The notes below the pieces were generated by a model, which made no database searches, was not told where the DNA came from, and was given only the letters and a program-made list of their open reading frames with translations. A stretch of DNA of 64,000 bases from Gonapodya sp. JEL0774. Its lineage: Eukaryota. Numbering within the stretch: position 1 is the stretch's first letter; each line of letters begins with the position of its first letter. Shown here piece after piece: positions 23,801 through 37,900 of the stretch. The position numbers and the translations under genes are program-made. The DNA lies in assembly GCA_027604505.1 (NCBI GenBank), contig JADIIX010000010.1:1-64000 (forward strand), written 5' to 3'.

Positions 23801-26755
23801 CATCACGGATCGTCACCTCCAACTAACCAAATTTGACCTTGTAGAATCCAGCGAATCAGGGAAACCCGACCGTATAACACTCACAGGAGCCAAGAAGGTT
23901 GTTCAGGCAGCGAAAGAAGCAATCTTAGAGCGCGCGCAACGTCTTGCAGATTCTGCGAGTGTTGAGGTTAACGTGCCCCGGCAATGGCACGGAAAGCTTA
24001 TCGGGAAAGAGGGAAAGAACATCAAGAAGCTCGTCGAGAAGTACGATGTGTCAATTAACTTCCCAACAAAGGGGAGAGATTTCGATGAGGATTCTGAAGA
24101 TGCGGATGATGCCGCGAGAAACATCGTCCGGGTTCGAGGTCCGAAGCTTGGTGTCGAGAAGGCTTCCAGGGAGCTATTGGATTTGCTTAAGTACGAGGTA
24201 AGTTTGCGAGGGCCAATGTAATTTTTGAGTCAGTTGTAGTCTCGGCAGTCACACTAGCTAATACACGCGTCCTTACGTCATATTTGTAGATTACGCACTC
24301 CTACACTGACACTGTCACAGTTCCTAGGGCAGCGTATCCTCAAATCGTCGGGCGTGGTGGCTCGGTAATTAATGGCCTGCAAACGGATAATGGTGTACGA
24401 ATCGCTCGACGGAGCCAGCTCAGCAACGAGGAGGAGGATGTTCCGGATTCGGAAACCGAGATCACCCTGGTGATCGAAGGTACTGAACAAGGTGTCAATG
24501 ACACAAAATCGAGAATTTTGGAGATTGCGAGCGAGGTAAGCCTTGTTTTGACTTACTGGTTACCTTCGTGCTTTAATGTCAAGAACCACGAGCAGAGCAC
24601 CTTGGATACTCGACGGGTGGAAATTCCGCACCGGCAACACCGCGCCATAATTGGTCCTGGTGGAGCACAAATCCGGGCGCTCATCGATGAGATCGCCAGG
24701 GAAATAAATTTGTCCACCGATCGGATTCAAGTACGCTTTCCAAAGGACGAAGGAAGTGATGTGGTTATGATACAGGCTCCCTCGAAGCACATAGACGCGA
24801 TTGTTGAGAAGATCACAGCATCTGCCGAACAGCCCGGGACGCACCTGATGATTCCACGTTCAGATGTTCCAAGGATCGTTGGATCAGGTGGGGAGACTAT
24901 TAGAGATATTGCGGCAAGATATGGCGTCAACATCCAGATCGCAAAGAGAGGAGGTGTAGTTGAGGAAGGGAGCGAGTCTGAGCACCACGGTGCCACTGTC
25001 AGGGTCGATATACGAGGAAAAGATGAAGCGTCCGTAGAGGCCGCGATGGCGGAAATCCAGGTCAGCCGAGTTCGGTAGGGACTGTCCGTTTACGTCTGCC
25101 CCTAACAATGTTTGCAACTACAGTCCAAACTTCGCCACACGAGGACTGTGGAAGTTTCGCCGCTATTGTACAAGTTCCTTGCGGCTGATAGCGTTCTGAA
25201 CCGAAAACTTCGACCCGTCGGCCATAACCCCTCTGATATATCTGCTGATTTCCAGCGCGAAAAAATCTTGCTGCGAGGCGAATCCAAACTGGTCGATGCT
25301 GCTGTTCAATCCATTGAAGCAAGGATTGCGGAAATTGTGAGTGAGGAGCAACGCACTTCTCTTGTTCCTCGATTCATACAGTGTGTTCACTTTTGCAGGA
25401 AAGTAACAACCACACAGACTTCATTTACATTTCATCCCCTCTGCGGCCCTTGGTGATTGGTCAAAGTGGCTCCACGATCAATAAAATCCGGACAGATTAT
25501 TCGTGTTTGGTTGATTTGGTGAACGCCACCAAAGTCGGTGGACCAAGTGAGCACGATATTGTGGTCATACTCGGGGGTTCCGAAGAGGCTGTGGCGAGTG
25601 CCAAAGCTCGGATTGAAGCACTCATCAAAGATCGCGCAGCGCATTTCTCTGGGAGAGGAGGGGATTCTGTGGATTCTCAGAAACGTAGCGTGACGAGAAC
25701 AGTGTCTATTCCTCAACGATTCCATGGCCGGATTATCGGACCCAAGGGACGGGGCCTTGACGAAATTCGTTCCCAGTGTGGTGGCTCCGTGATCGTGCAA
25801 TTCCCACCCCCAATGACTGGATTGTCGGAAGTCGCAGTTCGAGGTCCAGCTGCAGAAGTTGATCATTGTATTCAACTCCTGGAACAGGTTGTCCGAGGAA
25901 TGGAAGGCGAGATTAACACTGAGTCTCGACCATCTTCTGTGGCCGGAGGTCGGCGGCTCGATGATCAGGCATCCCAGGCCGACTCGGATGAGCTATCGAG
26001 GTCCCGACACCCCCCCGGGTACAGCGGTCGCGCGGATAAGTTTAGTACCACTCGAAAGGGCAAGGGGGGGAGTACTCCTGAACCGACTGTGAACGGTATT
26101 GGTTCCGCTTCTGTGGTGTCAATTTCTGACACCGGGCGTGTGGATGTTGCCGTAGAACAGAAAAAAGACGCGGACTGGACAGTAATTGAGAAGAGGGGGC
26201 CGAAGAAGGATACCGCGATCAATGCAGGGAATACTGGCGGTGGAGTGTCTTCCACACCTGAGGCACCTGCAGGAGGCGAGGTAACTCCGTCTGGTGGAAA
26301 AAAGAAGGTAAATTCGTCTATGTCGTGGACTGGTAATCGTTGACTCATTTTTTGTAATGGGTTCTTAGAAGACCAAAAAACCCAAGGCCGATGCTGCAAC
26401 CCAAGGTGCCTCGGTAGAAAGCGCTGCACCTGCAACGCCTGCAGTGGTTCAAACTTCTGTCCCTACACTTGTCTCCTCTCCCACACCTGCACCTCCCACC
26501 CTGATCGTGAGTCAACGAGCTCCCTCACCCGCGCCTATGGTGGACCGTCCTCCGAAATCGGAAGATGAAGGATGGAACAGTGTCAAAGCCCATAAAGCAA
26601 AGCAAAAGGTTGCACAAGCGGCTTCGCAGCTTGAGGCGAAGCCGGTATCTGCAGCAGCGGTGGAAACCCCTTTGCCTGATAAACCAGCTCACACAAATGG
26701 TGTAGCCCACGGAGTAGTACAAGCTAAAAAGAAGGCCAAGCCTCCTAAAGTATGA
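20871..26755 (+). CDS. SCP160: Vigilin/Scp160-like multi-KH RNA-binding protein
   Basis: More than ten KH repeats with GxxG loops (IIGAGGKTL, LLGPKGSHL, VVGKKGAGL, LIGHGGATL, LIGKEGKNI, IIGPGGAQI, IVGSGGETI, VIGQSGSTI, IIGPKGRGL). N-terminal DDFPALPS motif. Confidence 0.9.
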
Positions 26756-26919
26756 GTGGAGTGGATAGGGACAATTTACACAGAACAGCAGAGATACTAC
26801 CGAAGCTCATTAATAGATCTTTGATCTACGCCCTTATTGCATATCTTTTTGTGTCCGTGCTGCTTATCAACAATATTTATTCATATCAGCTGTTCCACTG
26901 ACAACTATGTACATATTCA

Positions 26920-28804
26920 TCAGACAGGTGCCTCAGTCTTCTTGAAAGATTCCCTCTGAGATATTTTGGAGTACCTGCGAATCACAAATGATATGGGGTG
27001 TCAGAGAAATGCGCTGTGGCAAATTCCTTGAACAAGATCACAAATCAATCGATCAAACAGGCAAAACACACCATTCATTCAATTTTGGGTTTTTGCTGCG
27101 CCATTCACAGATTTGGCGAAAGTCGAGGTATCCAAGCGCGGCACCGATGGTGATCTCACCTGATTTGGGGACGGGGGTGGTGTGTGATGGGAGCAGATTA
27201 TCACCCAGAGTGGAAAGTCCAGAATCCTCCCAACCACGACTTTGGTCGACCACTCATCTGAAAACACATCAACAACAAACTATTTACCAATGGTTAGAGG
27301 ACCATCCACGGCCAATGAGTCCACCTCTGTTTCTAAGTGTGCCACAGCGTTTTGAATCTTGTTGATTTGTCCGGCGATCCATTCGGGCCAGCGGAAGGCC
27401 TCTGGGCGCATGAAAGTTTCGTAACGCTGGAAATGATTCGAAATTTAAGCGACAGTGTTATTCTGTCTGCAAAGACAGAGTCCACAGATGTTTCCTATCG
27501 GGTTGAAGATACGTACAACCAACAGCGCTGCATCCAAGATACCATCACCCTCTGCCTGCTGTCGAAGGGCGGTCCAGCGGGTGGCACCAGCTGGTGGGAT
27601 TACCCTGGTTACAGGATTAGTGTGTAGAAAGGTCCAGTCAGATGAAACTCTAAATCGGAGCAATCGGAATGGACGATGGAACAGGGAAAGAGAGATGATA
27701 CTCACTTATGTCCTGTGCTGAGAGAGTCCAAGTACTCTACAATCACGGGGCTGTCGTAGATGTGACCTTCACGGGTACTTAAAGGTAATGGTGGTACCCA
27801 AATGGGACCTCGCTTGTTACATAAATATGATGAGGTCAGGGTTGATCCAATAAGAGCTCACGAGAGTACAGGAATCTTGCTGAGGGCTGACGTATAATGT
27901 AAAATTTGCACGAAGGGTGGGATACGTGGCATGAGATTTCGGTCAATTCCTGAGGGAATTGGGTAACGACGGTGATTGCTTACGGTTCTCCCTGACCAGT
28001 CCACTTGTGATCAGGGGACGTTCCGTTTTAAGCAGAGGTGGGAGATACATAAAAGAATAGAAAAGAAGATGAGGAAAGCAGTATTGGCTCGATGCGCATT
28101 CAAACTTCATTTTTCATTCGGCGGTGGCAGCAGCCGGGATGCAACCCTTACTTACATGGTGTCCTTGACGTCAACCGGGCTTGGCGCTGTGGGAACGAGT
28201 TCAAGTTTGTCTACGAGGCCTAAGAGAGAGTATTTGATTGATAACACGATAATTATCAAAATTGAGAAGCCGGAAACGGAGAACGCGACGCGAGCACATA
28301 CCGTGCTCGTGTGCTACAATCATAACTTTTCGAACATAGGGAGAAGTCACCTGACATCGAGTGCGACAGGTTATTGGTGTTGAGGGATGATCCCACTTCC
28401 CGAAGTGACACCCAACCATCCAAACTTGTCGGGACGCCCGTTTCCCTCACAGTGTAGTGTGTGTCCAGAACGTGCCAAAGAAATATTCCGAATTATAAGA
28501 ACTCAGAGCCAAAATCGGGTCCCCCGGCTCAACGAAACTGGTTTCGTCAATGTGGGGCTTTGCTGCCACCGATTCAACAATAGCAGATTGCCATCACGGA
28601 ATCCCAGAAAAGCCGTAGTGTTAAACATTCGAGAGAGGGCGATTGCGGGTGGAATGGGATATTTGCGCTCTGATTTGGTGATTTGGTGATTTGGTTCCGA
28701 TTTTTTACACTCCTGACGGGCATGCCAGACACAAGAGAGAGCAGCATCCCTTGTACTCCTTTGCAGAGAACACTACTCACTGAGTATCGCAGAGTCAAAG
28801 CCAT
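26920..28804 (-). CDS. Glutathione S-transferase family protein (bacterial YibF-like type)
   Basis: Spliced MALTLRYS|VTSPYVRKVMIVAHEHG, SKIPVL, IYDSPVIVEYLDSL, RWTALRQQAEGDGILDAALL, GEITIGAALGYLDFR, WRSKNPKLNEW, RESFKKTEAPV*. About 8-9 introns. Confidence 0.88.
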
Positions 28805-29322
28805 CTTGACTAATAACTTGGGGGTTCGAATGATGCGAGAAAATGTCTTGCTGGCTGAAAATTATTCCGCACCATGCATGCGGTACACTCAGCTCCCACA
28901 TATCGATCACATAAATTGTTCCCATCCCTTCTTGAGAAAAGCTGGCATCCAAGTACAAAAAAATTAATTATCCAGCCAAAAGATGTCCATATTTGAGAGG
29001 GCACCGGAAGGTTTTGTGAATTTTTTACTTGAACAAGAAGATGGAAGTAATTTTGCCAGGGTTTGACACACGTGGACAACGCGAAATCGATGTACGGGTC
29101 TGCGTAATATGCCATTCGAGCAGAGAGAGTCTTAGTTTTCGCTATTGGCAACCAAGAACAAATTGCTTTTTGTGTAAAAATGCGAAATTGCCCTGTCTGT
29201 GGCGAGTTCATCCACCTGATGAATCATCTGCCAAGGACCGAGTAAAACGGCTTTCGAATCCAACCTACAATTTCACGCGAGCGGTCTTCGTTGGTCGTCG
29301 GCCTAAGGTACAGACCCAAATC

Positions 29323-30474
29323 ATGTCGACATTCTCAGGTGCGTTTCTGGCTCCTGATTGTCGGTGTTCGTTTCCGGAACTCCCCCTTGTTGATTTACGC
29401 TGTCTGCCACCTCATTTTGCCACCGCGGGACACCTTGGATTAATCATTTCCTCCTTCAATCGCTCTCGTTCTCGCCCTCGTTCCTGCCGGTTCCGCTGCA
29501 ATCCCTGATTTTGTCACATTCACAATGTCTTCTTCCTTAAAACCTTCTAACATTTGTCCTGATAATTACCCAAATACCTCCATCTCATCGTGTTTAGATA
29601 AGACTCCTCTACTTCGCCAACTCTCAACTGACACCACAGACTCATCTGTATTGCCATCGGGCAACATTCGACAATCGCTCGATTATGAATGGGCGCTCCG
29701 CAAAGCTCAAGCGGAACTCGAAGCGGCCGAGCAATCGGCAGAAAAGCTCTCCTTAGCTGCTGAAACAGCGTCTATTGTTTCGGAACAGCCCATGCGAGTC
29801 TTGCAGCTGCCCAGCTTGAAGAAGAGGGCGGAAGACTTGCGCAAGCAGCTGGCAAAGAAAATGCGTGATGAGCATAGAGCTAAAACGACGCTGTCTGCTA
29901 GGGCGCAAATGGCGAAGATCGAAAGTTTCTTTGGCAAGGATGTAAGTTGGTGTGATGCTTTTGTGCGTGCACTTCCATTTCTGAGGCAGACTGAGAGCAG
30001 CAAGACGCATGACGAGCTTTGTGCGAGTGGTTGTTGTACAATGGATCAGTTATAGTCCTCACCCATGTGTTCCGTTATCCATATCCAGGTGTCCCAAATG
30101 GGCCAAGTCGACATGGAAGCCTACGTTCGAGACCTCGAAGAGAACTTGCGCATGCTGACCAGGTGCGTGCAAATGCATGTATTTTTTAAGCAGCAGTCAC
30201 TCCCAACGACACATATGAGAACGGGTGCTGTCTCCCATTGCCAAACGCCCACATGTACACCCTCCCTCGCACACACAGACTCGAAGCCCAAGAACGCCTT
30301 CTTGAATCTATGGACGACGAATCTACTGTGCACGAGTTCAAGAATGCCGCCGCTTTTAGTGAGTTGTTCGTGAATCTCTGGTTTCCTTGTCCATGCGCAA
30401 GGTGCTAACCCGTGTTCTACCTGGACCGGTTTTCAAACTATTTAGTGAGCGGGGGTGGTGTGTCACCGGTTTGA
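29323..30474 (+). CDS. Hypothetical coiled-coil protein
   Basis: Five phase-compatible exons with canonical splice sites: MSTFS|DKTPLLRQL...ALRKAQAELEAAEQSAEKL...FFGKD|VSQMGQVDMEAYVRDLEENLRMLTR|LEAQERLLES...AAAF|MSGGGVSPV*. Confidence 0.6.
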
Positions 30475-30664
30475 TTGCGACTCATTGAGGGGTTGCGGCT
30501 GCATATTTGAATTCTTTTGAACATAACGGTCTAATACATTTCCTTGCATTCTTTCGTTATACCTTCCCCTTGGCTCTTAGTTAGTGTGGGGGGGATTGGC
30601 GCTGGGCGGCTGGGCCATGAAGTCGGTCGATAGGAAACTAACTTCACGAATACATACGAATAAC

Positions 30665-32284
30665 ATGTCGGCCCAGCTCGCCGCAGCCCAATCTCGCCTT
30701 CAACTCATTCGTAATGCTCAAGTAGCCGAAGATGAGCGTGAACGGGCTCGAAGACGAGAAGAGGAGCGCAAGAAGCGAGAGTTGGCAGCACTGTTACAAG
30801 AGCTGCCATCCACGCTCGACATTCCCGTGATTAGAAAGGACACTGGAGAGAGATCAAAATCACCGCTGGGTAGGGACCGGAGCACCTTGGGGAATGGAAA
30901 TGGCAATGGAGTCAAACGGAAGGCGGAGGACTACACAGGCAAAGCTTCTTCTGACGATGGACTAGATGGTCCACATGGCGGGACAGAGAAGAAGCGGAAA
31001 GTTATGTCTTTTGCTGAATTGATGGCTATGGCAAAGCAGACGACGCCCGATGAGTTGCGGGTGGTGGTGGAAGACCATACAGGGTCGGGGGTGAAGGGTG
31101 GAGTAACAGGGGATGTGGCAAATGGGGACGCGAACGGGACGGACGGGAGCAAAGCTGCCACAGTAAAGAAAGCCAGGTCGATGTCGCTGTCTCCTGTACG
31201 CAAGTTGTCGACACGACCATCAGCAACCTCGTCTTCGCACGGAGCAAACTCCATCAAACCTTCTTCGTCATCCCCGGCACTGAAGACTCAATCCCTGGCT
31301 CCCGATTACATTCGTCGGCCAAACTCTTCACTCGCTTTACCAAATTCACGATCTACGTCTCCTGCCCTTTCGAGTTCTTCCCGCACATCGTCTCCAGGGC
31401 GTAATCAGCGACCCGGTCAAGCCGCTTCTCGATTACGTGCACCGCCCTCACAATCCAATCATCGCTCAAGAACCCCCGTTTCTCGAAACGTGTTCTACCA
31501 AGTTGCGGACTTAGCCACGCCTATCATTGCCAGGCCGAGGGATTTGCGATCTGTGGATGAGGTCTTAGAAGATAAGAAGAGGGCGAGAATGGCCGAGTCT
31601 GGAGGAACTGGTTCAGGGACTGATGCAGCAGGGTCCGGGGCAAGCAGTTCTGGGTCCACTGGGGGAGGAAGAGTGGGAGGATCATTGTCCAGTTTGAGCG
31701 CTGGTGTTGACATACGGTTGAAGCGAACATCACCCGAACGGACATTCCAATCCAGGCCTGTGGCTTCCCAATCCAAAGCTTTGTCGTCCTCTCCCACAAA
31801 TCCTGCCCTCACATCTGCCCGCAGTATCAGTAGTCGTCCCCCGTCTCTGTCGTCGAACAAACCTGTACCACACCCGCGGTATCCCCTACCTCACCAGCAC
31901 CCGACTTCCACACATCGTCCCTCGGCTTCAATACCAACAAGTTCAGGCCCTGACGTACCTGAGTGGCGCAAACTCCTCGACGCTGTTACAGGAGGATACA
32001 GAGGGAAGTTTCAAGGACGAGAGGAACTAGATGACGACGCAGATATGGAAGCGAGCAGGACCGACATTGATAGGGAGGAACGCCGGAGGTGAGCGAGATG
32101 CATTTATTTCCCATAGTTCCGTGCCGCTTGTTTAAGAAGGTATTCAAATTTACCGTGTCCTGCCGTGATTTTGCTCAGTCGGATGATCGCGAAGCGCGAG
32201 GATGAGCTTGAGGAGGAACGGGAAAGACGAGAAAGAGAAGCAAAGGCACGGGCGAAGAGGGAACGAGAAAAATTAGGACGGTAA
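30665..32284 (+). CDS. SPT2: Chromatin protein SPT2
   Basis: VMSFAELMAMAK, RPRDLRSVDEVLED and C-terminal DDDADMEASRTDIDREERRS-RMIAKREDELEEE, typical of the SPT2 domain. Ser/Pro-rich middle. Confidence 0.85.
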
Positions 32285-32365
32285 TTTTAAAATGTAGATA
32301 TGAGGTTTAGGACAGGGGCAGTCGTTGAGCGGCGGCCTCTGGAGCTCCAATAATGACCTTCAGTC

Positions 32366-33934
32366 ATGATTTCTTCAAAGCGATCGAATCTATTCGTGTC
32401 TGATGCCGCCCATGAAAGTCACCTCAGAAGCACCACCAAGGCCAAGAATCTTAAGAACGCCGGCTCACCCATCAAAGTTGGCGGTAAGGTTTTGAGTCTT
32501 GTGTTGGTGGAAAACGATATCTTTGTAGCAGAATCTTCAGGGATTGTTCGAAGACTGAATCAGGTAAGTCAATACGTATCATCTTGATTTTCCTTTTCTG
32601 CAAGTCTTAATCTGTCTCTTGACGTGTAATATTCAAGGACGGTACAACGAAAGCAACACTAAAAGGCCACAAGGGCCCCGTTACGTGCATTGCGATTGAA
32701 AAGGATGTACAATCTGAGCATGCTGTACATGCCTGGACAGGCTCGTGGGACAAATCAATCATCAAATGGGACTTAAACGTGGGTTGGCGAGCTCCTCTAA
32801 AACCAGTCAAGGCCTCCGATACATTACAAAATACCCGCCCGACGACTTACTTGATTCCGGAATTTTCTTGTCCCGATGTCAGACGAACAGTCCAGTACTT
32901 ACACTGACCCACCATTCGGATTTCGTCAAGTCTGTACTTTTCATTCCTGCAACCCAATCTTCTGCCGCGTTCCTCGTATCATCATCTTCCGACAGTACGA
33001 TTCGCTACTTCACTCCAGCTGGCGAGTCGATTCGGGTTATCAAAGAACACACACGGTCGGTCGAGTCGCTCTGCATAGATGAGAACTGTGAATACCTCTA
33101 CAGTGGGAGTTCCGATACTACGATACGAAAGTGGCTTTTACAAACCGGGCAAGAGGTCGCGCTCCTGAAGGGACACGATACGAGCGTATACTGGCTATGG
33201 TGGGATGCTGGGAGTGGAAGTCTTTGGAGTGCAAGCGCAGACAAGACAGCGCGTAGGTGGGACGTTGAGGCGAGTTGGAAAATCTAGTACCGAGCAAAAA
33301 TGAGTGCCCCTATCTCAATCCCTGTTTATGCTCATACAGAAATCCATCGTAGACTTGACCTTCGAACACCCAGACTTTGTAAAAGCTGTGGTGCTAGACC
33401 CAACGGGGAAGTATTTGTTTACTGGGGGGAGGGATCAGAATATTCGGGTTTGGGATGTTGCGGTGCGCATTACAAATGCTGAGCTCAGAACCTGCTTGCT
33501 GACATTTGCTCCGCCTTTCAATCTAAAACATAGTCAGAGCAGCTGTTAACTGTGATTGAAGGGCATTTCGATGAAGTTTCTGCACTTGTTTGTGTGGGAA
33601 CAACGCTTTGGTCCGCAAGCTTGGACGGGACTGTGCGGAGATGGGGGATTACAGGTAAGCTTCGAGTGAAAGTTTGATTAGTATGTCCTAGGAACTCCGC
33701 CAATATGCCCACCACTTGCGCCCTGACTATTGTTGCTGTCCAGAACCGGATATCCGCATCTTCATATCGCAGACAGAATCATCATTGGAACTAGACACCC
33801 ATGTAGAGAAATGCCCAAAAGCTACAGCGCCCAAAGTAGAGGAAGCAAATTTGAGCGGTCGATCCACAGTCACCGGGCACTCTATTGAACTTACGGAAGA
33901 AGAAGAGAGGGAATTGGCTGAGCTAATGAACTAA
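32366..33934 (+). CDS. WD40-repeat protein
   Basis: Repeats LKGHKGPVTCI...GSWDKSIIKWD, HSDFVKSV, EHTRSVESL...GSSDTTIRKW, LKGHDTSV...ASADKTARRWD, GGRDQNIRVWD and EGHFDEVS...SASLDGTVRRW. Ends LTEEEERELAELMN*. Confidence 0.9.
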
Positions 33935-34943
33935 GAACTCATGCTATCATTATCATATTTGCACCAGTAAATCGCGACTTTCCGTATCAGCATTGTACCT
34001 TGCACTCTCCGAAGGAAAAGGTGGCCAGCCTGATGGGGGGTGCCTGTGCGTGGGCAATCAGGGTTCACTTTTCCTTCCCTACACACAGATCCCTCATCAC
34101 TCCACCCACCTCAGTTGCTGCAACGAGTGGACCTCGAGAAAAGCGTTCACGGATCTTATAGCGCTCGTTGAGGTGAGCGCTGAGCCCGATTGGTCCCCAC
34201 AAAAGGAGTTGCGTCTATGTTTGTCTGGAGACAACAAGACGATCTCTGCCTTGGATTCTGTCCGATAGGAGTTGTGAGCCGTCCGAATCAACCCATCTTG
34301 CCAGATAATGTCGCTTGCTCTCTGCCAGATGGGACCCATGATCCCATGGTTTTGTGAAGCAATCGTTCTGAAGTCTAAAGTTTTGCTTTTATGGATGGGC
34401 ATCTTGGGCAGTTTTTTTCCGTGATGGTAGACACAATGGATCAGTGGCACTTTTTGGCGATTGGTAGCAGTCTGGGTTTCCACACGAGTGCTTTCAAGGG
34501 TTTGCATAGCTATTCAGCTTATCGGATCGGAGACTGGGTGAGGAGAACCTCCATCGCACCCCGTAGATTTATTTCTCCAAGGCAGTTTCGCCATGCTCAA
34601 TATGTAGAAAGATCGGGGACACAGGATTGAACGCTTGAGTTGTCGGATCGACTCGCAGCATCTGTTGCGTGATGGCACGGAATATTAACAACCCTTTCCG
34701 TTTTGACTCCCCCACATAAATTCTCCCCATCTACCCATCGCTTCAACCCCAATTATCTCACTGTTCCCCGCGCCCTCTATTGTTCTTTGCTTCACATTCG
34801 ATATACGCTTTCTGTTGGTTACTTGAATAGACCCTGAGCCGATCGCATCTCGCCGCCCAGCACAACGATCATTCCAAGTGGGATCTCTCGTCACCCCAGC
34901 ACGGCAGAATCAACCAACCAACTAACTACGGAACTACGGAATC

Positions 34944-37900
34944 ATGGCAATAATCTCAGACGAGCGCATGTCGGAGGTATCGAGCACTACTTCTCGCCCC
35001 TCTTCTCCGTCATCCGATGCGCCGACACTGGAAACCACGACTTCCTACGCTGCTGATGAGGAAACCTTCGTGTCCTGGGCCGACAGTATCCCTCAGGCCG
35101 CTGGTATGTACGACCCACGTGAGGAAAAGGACTCATGCGGTGTCGGGTTCATCTGCCATATCAAGGGCAAGACCTCTCACAAGACCCTAGCGGATGCAAA
35201 ATTTCTCCTCTGCAATATGACTCACCGTGGCGCTGTGGGCGCCGACGCGCGTGACGGCGATGGTGCGGGTGTGATGTCGGGGATTCCTCACGAGTTCTTC
35301 GCTGCTCAACTCAAAAAACAAAACGTAACCTTGCCACCGCTTGGACAATACGCTGTGGGAAACCTTTACTTTAAGCCCGACAAAAGTGTGAGACAGGAGT
35401 CCAAGGAAAAATTCGAGGAAATTGCCGAATCATTGGGACTCACCATTCTGGCGTGGAGGTCCGTACCAAGGGATAACAGCATTCTGGGACCTGCCAGCAA
35501 ATCGAAAGAGGTACGCTATTGGTTTCTCTGTGTTTTTCGAGTCTGTTCTGGTGACCGATGCAACTTCCTCGATGTCTTAGCCCATGATCGAGCAGCCCTT
35601 CGTAACCATGGCCAACACCGATGCCTCACTACCTTTTAACTACCAGGCCTTTGAACGCGCCCTCTACGTTTTGCGCAAGCAAGCAATCCACGCGATTGGG
35701 GTCAAGAAGTGGTTCTATATTTGCTCACTTTCCAACAAGAACATCATCTATAAGGGTTTGCTGACACCGGTGCAAGTGTACTCGTACTTCCTCGATCTGA
35801 CCGACGAAAATTTCAAGACGCATTTTGCGCTTGTTCACTCCCGTTTCTCAACGAACACATTCCCGAGTTGGGACCGGGCGCAACCAATGCGGTGGTGTGC
35901 ACACAACGGTAAGTTGCCAGTCTTGAGAGTCGTTTCACCGACACCACCAAGTCGTATTTTTGCTACCTTTCACAGGTGAGATCAACACTCTCAGGGGTAA
36001 CAAGAACTGGATGCGCGCACGAGAGGGTGTTATGAAATCCGAGGGCTTTGGTTCCCTTCTTAGCTCTCTATACCCGATTATCGAGGAGGGAGGGTCCGAC
36101 TCTGCTGCGTTCGACAACGTACTCGAACTGTTAGTGATGTCCGGGGTTTTCTCCATGCCACAAGCCGTGATGATGATGATTCCGGAAGCTTGGCAAGACC
36201 ATCCCGAGATGGAGGAATACAAACGGCAATTTTACGAGTGGGCTGCCTGCATAATGGAACCATGGGACGGACCAGCGTTGTTCACGTTCTCTGACGGTCG
36301 TTATGTTGGTGCTTCCCTTGACCGTAACGGTCTTCGCCCGGCGCGCTACTACATCACTGACGACGACATCATGATCTGCGCGTCTGAGGTGGGAACGGTG
36401 TCCATCGACCCCGCGACTGTTGTCGCAAAAGGTCGTTTGCAGCCTGGCAAGATGCTTCTTGTAGACACGGTGGAAGGTCGTCTCGTTGATGACGGCGAGC
36501 TTAAGAAGCAAATCGCGACGTCCAAGCCTTTTGGGGAGTGGATCAACCAGCAGATGTTTTCGCTGGAAGAGATGGTGGAATGGGCCAAAAGGTGCACTTT
36601 GCATGAGTTTCGCTTGTTGGAATCATGAGTAACTCTATCACGTCTCCGGAACAGGTCTGGTCGCTATAAGCGCATTTCCCTTGATCACACTTCTGTCAGC
36701 CAGGACCCAAGGATGAGGTGCTTCAATTTCAGTCTGGAGCAATTGACATTGCTTACTCAGCCGATGGTGGGTTCATTTTGCAGAGAACTGGACTAGCCAT
36801 TGCTTATAAAGGTTTGCGCTCTCGCAGGTGTTGGATGGCAAGGAAGCTCTCGGTTCCATGGGCAATGATCTACCCCTGGCCTGCATGTCCAGACAACCCC
36901 GCATGATATATGAGTACTTCAAACAGCTCTTCGCACAGGTACGTATTGTGTATTTTGGCATGTAAATTCAGCGCATATTAATATTCTCATTCGCAGGTAA
37001 CCAACCCGCCTATCGACCCTATCCGGGAGTCCATCGTCATGTCGCTGGGTTGTTACGTTGGGCCCGAGGGTAACCTTCTTGAGATGTCGCCGGATCAGAC
37101 CTCTCGCTTGTTTCTCAGCAGCCCCATTCTCTCCATGGAGCAATTGAGCGTCATCAAGCAAATGGAAAAGTTCCGCCCTTCGTGGAAAGTTGCAATCATA
37201 GATATCACGTTCAGCCGTTCTGAGGGTCGTGAAGGGTATCTCCTCGCCCTGGATCGGATTTGCGCTGAGGTATCGAGGGCGATTTCTGAAGGCTACAAGG
37301 TTGCCGTGCTTTCAGATGCGAACACGGGCCCTGAACGGGTTCCTATTTCGGCCTTGATTGCCTGCGGAGGTGTTCATCACTATCTTGTCCGGAACAAGCA
37401 GCGCAGCAGAATTGCTCTCGTTGTTGATACCATGGAGGCGAAGGAGGTTCACCATTTCTGCGTCTTGCTTGGTTATGGTGCCGATGCAAGTGCGTAGAGG
37501 TCTGTGTTTGTGATTAGTGGTGCGAAGTGCTCATTGTTGTATTATTTTCAGTCTGCCCAACTCTTGCTCTTGAGTCCATGTTGAAGTTGCGGCGCGATGG
37601 TCTTCTCCGCGGCGAACTGACGGAGGAGAAAATTGTGTACAACTTCCAGAAAGCCGTGAATGATGGTATCAAGAAGGTCATGTCCAAAATGGGTATCTCC
37701 ACTTTGCAGAGCTACAAAGGTGCTCAGATATTTGAGGCCGTCGGGATTGACTCGAGCGTTGTTTCTCGCTGCTTTGCAGGCACTGCTAGCCGTGTCAAAG
37801 GTGAGTGTTGAAATCCCCTCTAAAGATCTATGACTCTAACTGCTTTTTGCCGGCTGGGTAGGTATTGGGTTCGACATCCTCGCCCTCGATGCTCTTGCCC

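Noticed and set aside
30359..30665. Possible splice fusion of the coiled-coil gene into SPT2 via the acceptor at 30584, which would be in frame
   Set aside because: A nearer acceptor at 30445 with a CTAAC branch point gives a typical-length intron and a normal stop at 30474, which is more parsimonious.
37480..37555. Apparent GC donor in GLT1 (GAT|gcaagt)
   Set aside because: The canonical A|gtgcgt donor restores GYGADAICP in phase.
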